This document shows positions 8,398-18,285 of a stretch of 64,000 nt of DNA, piece by piece. The number at the start of each line of letters is the position of its first letter. The first letter of the stretch is position 1. A program made the translations under genes and the position numbers. The stretch comes from Vulcanimicrobiota bacterium (GTDB lineage: Bacteria > Vulcanimicrobiota > Vulcanimicrobiia > Vulcanimicrobiales > Vulcanimicrobiaceae): the NCBI GenBank assembly GCA_963786105.1, contig CAWAXX010000023.1, positions 64,001-128,000 of the forward strand, in the 5' to 3' direction. The notes below the pieces were generated by a model. It searched no databases, was not told the DNA's origin, and worked only from the letters and a program-made list of their open reading frames with translations.

Positions 8398-9261
8398 CTA
8401 TAGATCCACCGAGTTCATGCGCTCCGCGCTCTTGACCACGTTGCGGAGCAAAGCGATATTGGTCACCGGGCCCACGCCGCCGGGAACGGGCGTAATCGCG
8501 CCGGCGACCTGGAACGCGCTGTCGAAATCGACGTCGCCGCGAAGCCTACCGTCGACGATGGTCGTACCCACGTCGATGACCGTTGCGCCCGGCTTCAAGT
8601 CGTCGCCTGTAATGAGTCCCGGAACGCCGGTCGCGACCACGACCACGTCGGCGTCCCGCAGAAACGGCCGCGCGGCGCCCGACTCCTTATGCAGGACGGT
8701 AACGGTTGCATCTTGCGCAAGCATCAGCAGCGCGACCGGCGCACCAACGACGATCGAGCGTCCGACCATGACGGCCCGCTTGCCGCGTAAGGGCCAGTGC
8801 GGGCTTCGTTCGAGCAGCAGCATCACTGCCGCCGGAGTGGCGGGCACGAAGTCCGTGCCGCTGCCGAAGGCAAGGTGTCCCTGATTCATGGGGTGGGAGC
8901 CATCGACGTCTTTATGGGGCGGTATCGCATCGGCGATTTGCCGGATCGGCAAGTGCGCGGGAAGCGGCTGCTGAAGCATGACCCCGTGCACGCCGGCGTC
9001 TCGATGCAAGCGTTCGAGCCGCGCGCGCACGTCGGCAATCGTCGCGTCCACCGGCAGCCGATCTACCGTTACGTCGATACCGGCGCGCTCGCCGGTCTTC
9101 GCGAGATTTCTCACGTAGGCACGGCTCGACTCGTTCTCGCCGACAAAAACGATGACGAGTTTGGGATGAATCCCAGCACCGCGTAGCGCACTCGTACGTG
9201 CAAGGAGCTCGGTGCGCAGGTCGGCGGCAAGCGCTTTCCCGTCAAGAATTTGAGCCGGCAC
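8398..9261 (-). CDS. folD: Methylenetetrahydrofolate dehydrogenase/cyclohydrolase
   Basis: ILDGK, KDVDG, PATP, GRSIVVG, IDVG, TPVPGGVGP. Confidence 0.96.
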   Translation of the reverse strand: MPAQILDGKALAADLRTELLARTSALRGAGIHPKLVIVFVGENESSRAYVRNLAKTGERAGIDVTVDRLPVDATIADVRARLERLHRDAGVHGVMLQQPLPAHLPIRQIADAIPPHKDVDGSHPMNQGHLAFGSGTDFVPATPAAVMLLLERSPHWPLRGKRAVMVGRSIVVGAPVALLMLAQDATVTVLHKESGAARPFLRDADVVVVATGVPGLITGDDLKPGATVIDVGTTIVDGRLRGDVDFDSAFQVAGAITPVPGGVGPVTNIALLRNVVKSAERMNSVDL

Positions 9262-9298
9262 GCCGTCGCCGATTCGTCTGCCGAAGGAGGCTTACCCC

Positions 9299-9583
9299 CT
9301 GGAACGCGTTCGACGGGAGATTCACCTCGACAGCCGTTTCGCGGCCGATGATTTCGAGCGCGCGTTCGACAGTTTCGTACAGACGTACAACGTTGCGCCG
9401 GAGATCGCGCGCTGTAGCCCCGAAGTTCTCGATCGCTATTGCCGTTTGTTCGAGCGGCTAGACGATGCCGCACGACACCGCGAAGTTTTGTTTCGCGGAA
9501 TTCCGATTCACGCCGCCGTTCTCCCGAGCGGCACGATTGTCTTAGAGGGCTTCGTCGACGAAGACCGCATGGGCGATTGGTAG
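9299..9583 (+). CDS. Hypothetical protein (94 aa), probable CTG start
   Basis: AAGGAGG at 9284-9290, CTG 8 nt later, open to TAG 9583, ending 7 bp before tlpA. Translation MERVRREIHLDSRFAADDFERAF...LEGFVDEDRMGDW. Not in the ORF track. Confidence 0.7.
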   Translation: MERVRREIHLDSRFAADDFERAFDSFVQTYNVAPEIARCSPEVLDRYCRLFERLDDAARHREVLFRGIPIHAAVLPSGTIVLEGFVDEDRMGDW

Positions 9584-9590
9584 TGCGTTC

Positions 9591-10127
9591 ATGAATCGTG
9601 GCATCGTTTGGCTCATCGTCGCGTTCGCCGGTGCCGTTGCGGCCATCGCGATCGTCGCGCCGTTCTTCGTACCCGCGTCGACGCGGCCCGCCGGTCCGGC
9701 CGGGTTCGCGGGCGAACCGGCACCGGTTTTTCCGCTCCGCGATACGACCGGCGCGCAGGTGTCGCTCGCCCAATACCGCGGCAAAATCGTCGTGATGAAT
9801 CTCTGGGGAACCTGGTGTCCGCCATGCCGTGCCGAGATGCCCGAGTTGCAGCGGCTCTCCGACGTTTATGCCGCACGCGGCGTCGTCGTGGTAGGCGTAA
9901 ATCAAGGCGAATCGACGCAACGTGCTGAGGCATTCGCGCGATCCCTGCGAATACGCTTTCCGATTTGGCTCGACGATCGCCAGCAATACGGGCGTATCTT
10001 CACCGCGCTCGGGCTTCCGACGACGGTGATCGTCGGACGCGACGGTGTCGTCACGCGCGGTTTCGATGGAGCGCTGACCTTCGCTCAGATGCAAGCGGCG
10101 ATCGCCGGGTCGGTTCCCTCGCGTTGA
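9591..10127 (+). CDS. TlpA/ResA-family thiol-disulfide reductase
   Basis: N-terminal TM anchor, NLWGTWCPPCRAEMP, GLPTT. Confidence 0.93.
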   Translation: MNRGIVWLIVAFAGAVAAIAIVAPFFVPASTRPAGPAGFAGEPAPVFPLRDTTGAQVSLAQYRGKIVVMNLWGTWCPPCRAEMPELQRLSDVYAARGVVVVGVNQGESTQRAEAFARSLRIRFPIWLDDRQQYGRIFTALGLPTTVIVGRDGVVTRGFDGALTFAQMQAAIAGSVPSR

Positions 10128-11059
10128 CGTTCTTTACAGCCGTTGCCGCGAGCGTCGTCGCGGCCGTTGCCCTGGAAATCGCGCTCCCGGGGCGCGACGC
10201 GTATCACGCCGGGTGGTTCAACGTCGGGTTGTTCGCACTGATCGCAATCGTCGTGGCGCTCGCGCGTTCGCAGTTCGCGCAATCGTCCTCGCAGTTAGCG
10301 CGCGCCGGTGTCGTCGCGATCGCGTTGGGCGCGACGATCGCCGGCGTGGCGGGCGTGGCCAGCGGCCTACTCGCACCCGACAGCCGGACGGTCGTCGGAG
10401 CGCCGGGGCAGCGCGTGCGCGTCGACGAACTCGGGGGCTCGCTCGCCTTTCCGCTGGCCGATGCCGAAGTTGCGAACTCCGCCACCACCGGCGACGTCGT
10501 GCTCGAGCGGGGGAGCCGGCAACCGTTGTCGATCGGCGATCGCGGCCGCAGCACCGGAACCTTCGATTTGCGTTCGACGTTGCGTGAGGTTGCGTACGTC
10601 GACGCGCGCGACGCGCGCGGAGGCCGTCTGACGATCACGCAACCGTCGGGGTCGTCGTTCCTCTCACCCGTGCTGCTGATGCAGCAGCGCCAAACCATTG
10701 CGGGGCTGAGCGTGCCATTCGATTCGTTCGCGGTTCCGGCGGTGCACCGGATCGTTAAGGCGGTGCTGTTTACGTCGCAAGAAGCCGACCTGATGCGCGC
10801 CATGCCGGGCGGCACCGGTCCGGCCGTGCTGTTCGCCGTCGACGACGAGAACGATCGTCCGTTGCCCAACGCGATCGCCGCCGTACGAACGGGCGCAACC
10901 GTCAACGTGGGCGGTCTGATGCTGCACGCGGTGGTGTTTTCCTATCCCGCCGTCGACATCGTCGCCGTTCCGTCGCTGGCCGCCGCAATCGGCGGCGCAG
11001 TGCTCGTGTTCGGAGGCCTCATCGCTAGAGGAGCCGATCGAAATGCCGCTGGACGCTGA
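10124..11059 (+). CDS. Membrane protein, possibly ResB/Ccs1-like
   Basis: TTG start overlapping the tlpA stop. Three N-terminal TMs with AYHAGWF, a soluble domain and a C-terminal TM; topology resembles ResB. Confidence 0.55.
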   Translation: MTFFTAVAASVVAAVALEIALPGRDAYHAGWFNVGLFALIAIVVALARSQFAQSSSQLARAGVVAIALGATIAGVAGVASGLLAPDSRTVVGAPGQRVRVDELGGSLAFPLADAEVANSATTGDVVLERGSRQPLSIGDRGRSTGTFDLRSTLREVAYVDARDARGGRLTITQPSGSSFLSPVLLMQQRQTIAGLSVPFDSFAVPAVHRIVKAVLFTSQEADLMRAMPGGTGPAVLFAVDDENDRPLPNAIAAVRTGATVNVGGLMLHAVVFSYPAVDIVAVPSLAAAIGGAVLVFGGLIARGADRNAAGR

Positions 11060-11972
11060 CGTCGCCCGACTTCTCGAACAAATCGAAGATCCGGCGACGC
11101 CACGTATTGAGCTGCTGGACGTTGCGGAAATGCGTGCTTCGGCGGCGGTGATGGCGTCTTGGATGGGCGAGGCTCCGGCAGTTGCCGGCGTGCGTCACGT
11201 AGCCATTCCCGGCCCGGGAGGATCCATCATGGCTCGGGCCTATTATCCGGTGACGGGGAAGCTGCTGCCGGTCCTCGCGTTCTTTCATGGCGGTGGATGG
11301 GTTTTCGGCTCGGTGCAAAACGTCGACGTACCCTGCCGCGAACTCGCGAACGCCTCGGGCTGCATCGTCTTGGCGGCGCAATACCGGCTCGCACCAGAGG
11401 CGCCGTTTCCGGCCGCCGTCCTCGACGCGCACGCCGTTCTCGCGTGGGCGTTTGCGAACGCCGAATCGATCTCCGCCGATCCGGCGCGCGTCGTTGCCGG
11501 CGGCGACAGTGCGGGCGCCAATCTCGCGATCTCTGCAACGCTCCTCGCGCGCGACCGCGGCGAATCGTTGCCGATGCATCAGCTGCTGATGTATCCGGTG
11601 CTCGACCCATACCTCCAAGGAGCGTCGTACCGCGAGTTCGGCGACGGCTACCTGCTCTCGAGAGCGGCCGTCGTTCGCGACTGGACGCTGTACCTGCGCG
11701 ACGATCTCGACAAAGCGAACCCGTATGCCGCGCCGCTGCAAGCACGATCGTTGAAGGGGATGCCGCCGGCCACGATCCTCGCTGCGCAGTACGATCCGGT
11801 ACGCGACGACGGCGCCGCGTACGCGAAGCGTTTGCGGGACGACGGCGTCGAGGTGGAGTACCGTTGTTTCGACGGCCTCGTTCATGCTGCGTTTCAAATG
11901 GCCAACGTCAGTCCGCGCGCGCGGGAATTCTTACACGCCGCCGCCGCCGCCCTCAAACGCCTTACCACGTGA
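11043..11972 (+). CDS. Alpha/beta hydrolase (HSL-family esterase/lipase)
   Basis: HGGGW, GDSAGAN, DPVRD, GLVHA. Confidence 0.94.
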   Translation: MPLDADVARLLEQIEDPATPRIELLDVAEMRASAAVMASWMGEAPAVAGVRHVAIPGPGGSIMARAYYPVTGKLLPVLAFFHGGGWVFGSVQNVDVPCRELANASGCIVLAAQYRLAPEAPFPAAVLDAHAVLAWAFANAESISADPARVVAGGDSAGANLAISATLLARDRGESLPMHQLLMYPVLDPYLQGASYREFGDGYLLSRAAVVRDWTLYLRDDLDKANPYAAPLQARSLKGMPPATILAAQYDPVRDDGAAYAKRLRDDGVEVEYRCFDGLVHAAFQMANVSPRAREFLHAAAAALKRLTT

Positions 11973-12080
11973 TTATCCCGAGCGAAGCGGCCCATGAAGC
12001 ACCACACTTCGCTGGTACGGTTCCATAGCGGCGACTGCGTCCTTCGACTGCGCGCCGTCGGCGCTCCGCTCAGGATGACA
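11973..12080. repeat. Palindromic repeat family B, copy 1 (degenerate left arm, intact right arm, no core)
   Basis: Right arm gtccttcgactgcgc...ctccgctcaggatgaca at 12039-12080; left remnant ttatcccgagcgaagcg. Confidence 0.75.
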
Positions 12081-12112
12081 CCAGCACGTGCCTCCGCGCA
12101 GGACGCTGCGGT

Positions 12113-13456
12113 TTAGAAGTCCGTGACGGAGGTGAAGGCGAAGCCGGAGATCTTCGCGGTTGGAACGACCAGCGAGTAGTGGTAACTGCCGGTGCGGACT
12201 TGCGTGTCCGAGAACTCGCAGTGCCGCAGCAGATCGAGAATGCTGACGTTGAAGCGCATATTGCGGACTCCGTGCGTAACTCGGCCGTTCTCGACCAAAA
12301 ACGTTCCGTCGCGCGTCATTCCGGTAACGATTGCGCGCTTGCGGTCGACGGTGCGGACGTACCAGAAGCGTGAAACAAGGAGGCCCCGTTCGGTTTCGGC
12401 GACCAGCCGTTCGACGCTCTTGTTCCCGCCGGCGACGACGACGTTCCGGGGCTGCGGCCCGTACGCGTTGGGAGCCGGAAGCGCGTGGCCGGTGTTCGGG
12501 CGCTGGAGCTTGTTTGCGTAGTAGCTATCGGTCACGACGTTACGCGCGACGCCGTTCTCGACGAGCGCAAGGCGTTGCGTCGGCTGGCCTTCGAAATCGA
12601 ACGGCATGCCAGGTGCGAGCGGATGGGCAAAATCATCCGCGACGGTGACGTTCTCCGAAAAATACGAGCGATCGAGCCCGTCGCTGCAAAACGACGACCC
12701 TTCTTCGAAGGATTGGGCAGAGAAGTGATTTGCAAGATAGATGAAAAGTTCGCCAAATGCCGGCGGATCGAGAATAACGGTCCATTCCCCAGGTTCGACG
12801 GCGCGCGGGACGGCGCTCGCGCGTGCTTTTTCCACCGCGACCTTGCCGATCGCCGCTGCATCGATCGCGCCGACGGCGGCGGAATACCCTTCGCCAAAAC
12901 CGGTCGAGTCGGACGCGGTCATTTTAACGTTTACGGCGGCGTCGGTTCCGTCGAACGATGCGAGCGCGCCCGAGGTGTTTGCAAGCGTCAGCCCGCTGGT
13001 GGAAGTGGCGGCAAAACCCGCCGACCAATAGCCGGCGTTTTCGGCTTCGCGAAAGATCGCGTCGCACATTGCCGCGCGACGATCCGCACCGGCGTTCTCG
13101 GTCGCCGGATCGAACGCATGGCGGGGCGCCTGCGCCGGCCCACCGGCCGGCAGCGAGCCTTGGAGCGGGTCTTCCGGCGCGAGCGCCGCGATAGCGCCGG
13201 CGCGTGCAACGACGTCGCGTAACGACTTCTCATCGAATCGATTGGTCTGTGCGACGCCCGTTCGTCCCGCTAGGATGGCGCGCACCGAGATGGCGACGTC
13301 GCTGGCGGCGACGTTTTGGTTCGACATTTCGTGCGTAAAGCGCGTCAGCGTTGCGTCGCTCGTCGAAACCAGCACTTCGGTTTGATCGGCGGCCGACAGT
13401 TCCAAAACGTGCGCGGCGATGTTTTCCCGCAGCGCGGCACTCCCGGCGTTATTCAC
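12113..13456 (-). CDS. TldD/PmbA-family protein (PmbA/TldE-like subunit)
   Basis: LTRF..N, PFDFEGQP, TGHA, TGMTRDG; no HExxH; paired with tldD. Confidence 0.9.
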   Translation of the reverse strand: MNNAGSAALRENIAAHVLELSAADQTEVLVSTSDATLTRFTHEMSNQNVAASDVAISVRAILAGRTGVAQTNRFDEKSLRDVVARAGAIAALAPEDPLQGSLPAGGPAQAPRHAFDPATENAGADRRAAMCDAIFREAENAGYWSAGFAATSTSGLTLANTSGALASFDGTDAAVNVKMTASDSTGFGEGYSAAVGAIDAAAIGKVAVEKARASAVPRAVEPGEWTVILDPPAFGELFIYLANHFSAQSFEEGSSFCSDGLDRSYFSENVTVADDFAHPLAPGMPFDFEGQPTQRLALVENGVARNVVTDSYYANKLQRPNTGHALPAPNAYGPQPRNVVVAGGNKSVERLVAETERGLLVSRFWYVRTVDRKRAIVTGMTRDGTFLVENGRVTHGVRNMRFNVSILDLLRHCEFSDTQVRTGSYHYSLVVPTAKISGFAFTSVTDF

Positions 13457-14900
13457 GATACCCTGCGCCCACGCTCACGCCGCGAAACCGCGCCGGTGCG
13501 GCTGCCTGCGTCGTGCGTCCGGTCTGCATCGGTTCGCCTTTCCCGCAGTTGGGCGTTCCCCACGCGAACCACGAGCGCTCGTCGGCGATCGCATCGCACG
13601 CATTCCAAAACTGTGGAGTCATTCCGGCGTAGGTCGGATTCTTCACCAGCCGCCCGCGCTTACCGTTCTTTATCTCCCAACCCATCTCGCACCCGAACTG
13701 GAAGTTCAAGCGTCGGTCGTCAATCGACCACGAGCGGTTACTTTCCATGTAGATGCCGTCTTTGACGTTGTCGAACAGATGCTCGAAGGGTACGGTGCCG
13801 GGCAGCAGGCTCAGATTGCACATCCGGATCATCGGCATACATTCCCATCCCTGCGCACGCACGCACGCGTTGCTTTCCAGGCCGATCGCGCGAGCCGTAT
13901 CGTTGCTCATTTCATATCCCGCTAAAACGCCGTTTCGAACGATGTCGGAGCGAACCGATTTCGTGCCTTCGTCGTCGTATCCGCAGGTTGCCATGCCGTG
14001 GTCGAGCGTGTTATCGACGACGATCGTCACCAGATCCGATCCGTATTTCAGCTCTCCGAGCTGGTCGGTCTCCAGAAAGCTGGTGCCGGAGAAGTTTGCT
14101 TCCCATCCCATCACCCGGTCGAGTTCCGCAGGGTGACCGCACGATTCGTGAATTTGCAACGACATTTGCGAGCCGCCGAGAATGACGTCGAGGGTTCCGC
14201 TCGGGCACTGCGGCGCGCGTAACAGCCGCGTCGCCTCCTCGGCGATGCGCGGCGCTCCCTCGAGCAAGCGCGCCCGCTCGACGATTTCCCAGCCACCCGA
14301 CTGGTAGAGACCGACGTCGCCGGGATACGTCCGAACCTGAACGTCGTCGTTTCCGACCGCCATCGCTTCGAGCCCCGCTCCAGACTGGGTGATTTGTTGG
14401 AAAATGCGCGATCCGATCGTGCTGAAAAAATACTTGTCGGCTCGCCAGAGGTCGAGCCACGCCCGCCCGACCGCAATCTCCGAGGGACCGTGAAGCATCC
14501 GTTCGGCGTCGAGCAGAAGTGCGACGCGCTCGCCCAGCGGGACGCTCGCCGGGTCGCATCGCATCGGAGTAACGAAGGTGTCGGCGTAGCTGCGGCTGGG
14601 AGCGGCACCGATGCGGCGGCGGCCGATAGCGGCGCTCGCTCGAGCGATCGACACCGCGCGCGCTGCTGCTGCATCGACGCCGGCATCGCTGGTATCAGCG
14701 CTGGCAGCAAATCCCCACGCGCCGTCCACCAAGGCACGAATGCCGAAACCGGTGCTGCTCGAATCGGCGAGCGTAGCGACGACGCCGTTACGCACCTCGA
14801 TCCGTTCGGTTCGAACCGTCTCGAAACGGACGTCCGCGTAGCTCGCGCCGCGCGACCTTGAGGTGTCGAGGGCGCGCCCTGCAAGAGTTTCAAATTCCAC
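13449..14900 (-). CDS. tldD: TldD metalloprotease
   Basis: YADVR, IHESCGHPAELD, DDEG, CGKGEP. Start set at GTG 14900. Confidence 0.92.
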   Translation of the reverse strand: MEFETLAGRALDTSRSRGASYADVRFETVRTERIEVRNGVVATLADSSSTGFGIRALVDGAWGFAASADTSDAGVDAAAARAVSIARASAAIGRRRIGAAPSRSYADTFVTPMRCDPASVPLGERVALLLDAERMLHGPSEIAVGRAWLDLWRADKYFFSTIGSRIFQQITQSGAGLEAMAVGNDDVQVRTYPGDVGLYQSGGWEIVERARLLEGAPRIAEEATRLLRAPQCPSGTLDVILGGSQMSLQIHESCGHPAELDRVMGWEANFSGTSFLETDQLGELKYGSDLVTIVVDNTLDHGMATCGYDDEGTKSVRSDIVRNGVLAGYEMSNDTARAIGLESNACVRAQGWECMPMIRMCNLSLLPGTVPFEHLFDNVKDGIYMESNRSWSIDDRRLNFQFGCEMGWEIKNGKRGRLVKNPTYAGMTPQFWNACDAIADERSWFAWGTPNCGKGEPMQTGRTTQAAAPARFRGVSVGAGYRE

Positions 14901-14914
14901 GGCGTTTGAGCTTC

Positions 14915-17023
14915 CTAGTTCCCCGCAACGACGGCTCGGACGTTTCTCAGCACGATTTGACCACTCGACAGTTGCATTCCCTTCGGAGGCAGCACGTAAA
15001 TCGACAGCAAACGCTCGGCTTGCGAAGCTTCGGCGGAAAAACGCACGACGATGTGACGCCAGCCCGGCTGGTCGAGCCGCGCGGCGTCGGCCAGCACGTC
15101 TTCGTTGATAGCGTTGCGCAACGCGTATCGCAGACGCGATGCGCTCCCGTCGTCCAGTACGTCGAAAGACAAACCGATCGTATCCGCAGGCAGCGGAAAG
15201 TCGGCCATTGCATACGCCGCGCGTTCGTTGTTCCCGAACGAATACGTGAGCCGCACGCAACTGCCGCACTGCGGATCGCGGCTGAGGCTGCCGCTGCCTC
15301 CACGCGGCACCGTCGAAAACCGCGCGCGGTCGGCGAACGGCAGCGCTACTTCGTGCGATCCAACGGTAATGCGCGTGCTGGCCGAGACCCCGCCGATGAG
15401 TACGGCAACCTGGGCGTTGCGCGATCCGGCGCGATACCGGCCCCGGCCGTCGATGGAGCCCGCCGTTGCATGCCACGACAGCACGGACGGAAGGGCAAGC
15501 GGGTAGCCACGGGCATCGAAGGCGCGTGCCGAAAGCGCCAGCGTTCCGCCATTGTCGACGTTGGGTTTTGGCGGCTCGATCGCGATACCGGACGGTGCCG
15601 GTTGCACCTCGAGCGCAACCGTCCCCTTGAGCGCACCGCTGCGCATCAGGATGCGACCGGATCCCGGCCTCCGCGCGTAAAACGAATTCTCGCGAAACTT
15701 GCCCAGGGACGCCGGCTCGACCGCCGCGGAAATGGCGCCGGTCGGAGCGACGTGATTTGCTGCGTCGACGGCGGCGACGCGCAACGGTACGACGGCGCCG
15801 CCGACGGCGCGTATGACGCCAGGTTGCGCGACCAACCGCACCGCGGGTCCTACCGGGGCGGTACTGTAGATGAAGAGTCCGTTGCCAACTGGGCGCTCGA
15901 CCTTATCCGACGGGCTATTCGCAACTTCCGACGATGCGTCGCCGAGCCGGCGAACGGCGATGGTCGACGACCCGCCGCCGTCAAACGCCAGACCTTCGCT
16001 CGCTCCGAGCGCACGCATCAGGGCGGCGAGCTCGCGCCGCGTGAGCCCGACGCTGATCGATGGCTGACGGCCGTCCACTTCGATAAGGAAGAGGCGCCCA
16101 TCGGGTGCGATAGCTGCGCCGGTACAAGGAATGCGTTTCTCGTACTCGCCTCCGTTGGGGCCATTGGGATCGTCGGTCCACTCTCCTGCGTGCAGGATGA
16201 GCGGTCCGCCGCCGATCGCGGTGGCGATCGACTCGAGACCGATCGGCGAAAGATCGCCGCTCGCCGTCACGACGTCGCCGATCGCCGGGACCGTGACGAA
16301 GTTGTATGCGCCGGGTCCGATTGCAACGTAGTATCCGGGCGGCTGCGCGGTCAGATTATCGACCACGGCGGTGACGCGATAGCGCGTCAGCGGCGGCGTT
16401 CCGCCGAGCGGCTGCAGCGCGATCAGGGTGACGTTTTCGAGCGGCGGAACGGTTCCGTACGCTGGGGTGAGTAGCGATGTGCCGGCGTCCGGCGGGGATC
16501 GATCGACGGCGTCGAGCGACGTCGTTCGATCGCCGATCTGGACCTGTCCCATGAAATTGAATTCGGCGATCTGCGGCACGCCATCGCGCGTGACGGCGAG
16601 CGCGTAGCGGTTTCGAGGCATTTGCAGCATGACGCCGGCGCGCACCACGATATTGGTGGGCCGGTAGGTATTGCCAATATCGAAATAGTCGCCGTTAACT
16701 CCGGCTACGGCGCCCGTTCGCTTGGCCATCGACCCGACGGTTTCGCCCCGCGACTCCAACGCATCGTGGGCGAGCACTTCGCCGACTCGTACGTCGCCGC
16801 GACGCGGTTCGACGGCGACCACGCGGACGACCACCGGGCCGATGGCGGTGCGCAGCGCGTACTCGCCAAACGTGATGCCGGGAGCGACGGTTTCGATCGT
16901 CGGGGCCTCCTGGGCGATGCTCGGAAAAGGAGCGCCGGGCGACAGCTGAGCCGGCAAGTCGCTTGCCCGCGCGGGCAGTGGTGCTAAGACGAGCGCCGCG
17001 ACGGCAACCGCGAGGAGCTTCAT
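14915..17023 (-). CDS. Exported phosphodiester glycosidase (NAGPA)-family protein with Ig-like C-terminal domains
   Basis: Signal peptide MKLLAVAVAAL, GVNGDYF, GGGP, VDGRQ, DGGGSS, NSPSD..ERPV. ATG overlaps the upstream stop. Confidence 0.85.
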   Translation of the reverse strand: MKLLAVAVAALVLAPLPARASDLPAQLSPGAPFPSIAQEAPTIETVAPGITFGEYALRTAIGPVVVRVVAVEPRRGDVRVGEVLAHDALESRGETVGSMAKRTGAVAGVNGDYFDIGNTYRPTNIVVRAGVMLQMPRNRYALAVTRDGVPQIAEFNFMGQVQIGDRTTSLDAVDRSPPDAGTSLLTPAYGTVPPLENVTLIALQPLGGTPPLTRYRVTAVVDNLTAQPPGYYVAIGPGAYNFVTVPAIGDVVTASGDLSPIGLESIATAIGGGPLILHAGEWTDDPNGPNGGEYEKRIPCTGAAIAPDGRLFLIEVDGRQPSISVGLTRRELAALMRALGASEGLAFDGGGSSTIAVRRLGDASSEVANSPSDKVERPVGNGLFIYSTAPVGPAVRLVAQPGVIRAVGGAVVPLRVAAVDAANHVAPTGAISAAVEPASLGKFRENSFYARRPGSGRILMRSGALKGTVALEVQPAPSGIAIEPPKPNVDNGGTLALSARAFDARGYPLALPSVLSWHATAGSIDGRGRYRAGSRNAQVAVLIGGVSASTRITVGSHEVALPFADRARFSTVPRGGSGSLSRDPQCGSCVRLTYSFGNNERAAYAMADFPLPADTIGLSFDVLDDGSASRLRYALRNAINEDVLADAARLDQPGWRHIVVRFSAEASQAERLLSIYVLPPKGMQLSSGQIVLRNVRAVVAGN

Positions 17024-18285
17024 CGGCGTCGCGAACGGCGCGCAGGCCATACGGCTACCGCGAGCGGATACGCGCCGGTCGGAAACGGGGCACCGGCGAT
17101 GCGGTGCAGGGTCGTCGCGTCGAAAACATCGACGGCGTCGTCGCGCGCACACGGCACATAGAGGCGCCGGCGGGCCGGATCGAGTGCCGGTTTCCAGGGC
17201 GTACGGCACGTCGACAGTGCCCGATGTTTTCGGCGCAGCGTTCGCGCGTCGAGTACGTCGACGACGTCGAGCGCTTCGTCGGTGACGAAGAGCGTCGCGG
17301 TCGCGGCGTCAAGCACCGCTCCTAGCGGGAACGTGAGGTCGCCGCTTCGCGCGACCACGCGCGGCACCGCGCGGGTGAGATCGATCGCTACGGCGGCTCC
17401 GGGGGCAGCAAACGGCGATCCCGCACTCTGATTGGATATTCCGTATAGCCGCGAACCGTCGGCGGAGAGTGCGAGCGAAAAAACGCGCGCAATGGCCGAA
17501 AACCTGCGAACGAGGCGCATTGAGCGCGCGTCGATGGCGGCGACGGTGCCGTCGTTGACATTTGCGACGTAGACGATCTGACGGCGGGAATCGATGGCCA
17601 AACCTTCGGCCGTTTGACCGGTCGCAACGTGACTGGTTTGACCGCCGGCGGCGATGCGCGTGAGCGCGCCGTTGCCGTTGAGGTCCCGGTTGGTTACGAA
17701 GATCGCTCCCGTGCTGCCGTCGATGGCAACTTCGTCCCCCAGCGGGACGCCACCGACGTGTGAGACGGACCATGGAGCCAGCGATGCAACCGTTACCGAC
17801 GAACCTTGCGTGTCGGTCGCGGCGAGCCGCCCCGCGTCGTCGATGGCCGCATCGCTGGGCGTTCCGCCGGTTGCGAGAACGCCCAACACGGAAAAGTCGT
17901 GCGGGTCGTGAAATACGATGCCGTCGTCGTAACTAGCCACCGCTAAGAATGCGCGCGATGCCGAAGGCGGATCCCCGATGCGCAAGTTGCGGGCCGCCAA
18001 GCCTTTTTCGTTTCCGGCAATCAGCGTGACGGTTCCAGGTGCGACGCCTTCGGGCACGACGTAACGTCCGTCGTCGCTTAGGCTGCCCGCGCCGGAGATC
18101 GCGACGTGATACGGGACCGGAAATCCGTCGACGCGCACCGGGATGATACTCCCAGCAACGTACGGCCATCGCGTCGCGACGATGGTCCCGACGGCGCGGT
18201 ATCCTTGCGGCGCACGATCGATACTCGAGCAGAGCGCCGGCATTGCTGCTGCGGCGACCGCAAACGCGAGCGTGCGAGAGGTCAA
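17020..18285 (-). CDS. YncE/YVTN-family beta-propeller protein, exported
   Basis: Repeated YVAN/FVTN/VDVLD blades. TTG start overlaps the DUF4337 stop. Confidence 0.8.
   Translation of the reverse strand: MTSRTLAFAVAAAAMPALCSSIDRAPQGYRAVGTIVATRWPYVAGSIIPVRVDGFPVPYHVAISGAGSLSDDGRYVVPEGVAPGTVTLIAGNEKGLAARNLRIGDPPSASRAFLAVASYDDGIVFHDPHDFSVLGVLATGGTPSDAAIDDAGRLAATDTQGSSVTVASLAPWSVSHVGGVPLGDEVAIDGSTGAIFVTNRDLNGNGALTRIAAGGQTSHVATGQTAEGLAIDSRRQIVYVANVNDGTVAAIDARSMRLVRRFSAIARVFSLALSADGSRLYGISNQSAGSPFAAPGAAVAIDLTRAVPRVVARSGDLTFPLGAVLDAATATLFVTDEALDVVDVLDARTLRRKHRALSTCRTPWKPALDPARRRLYVPCARDDAVDVFDATTLHRIAGAPFPTGAYPLAVAVWPARRSRRR

Noticed and set aside
14858..16474. Long antisense or alternate-frame ORFs (e.g. 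538 aa here, 31844-33394, 54392-55345)
   Set aside because: Arg/Ala-rich shadows of real genes with no recognisable motifs.
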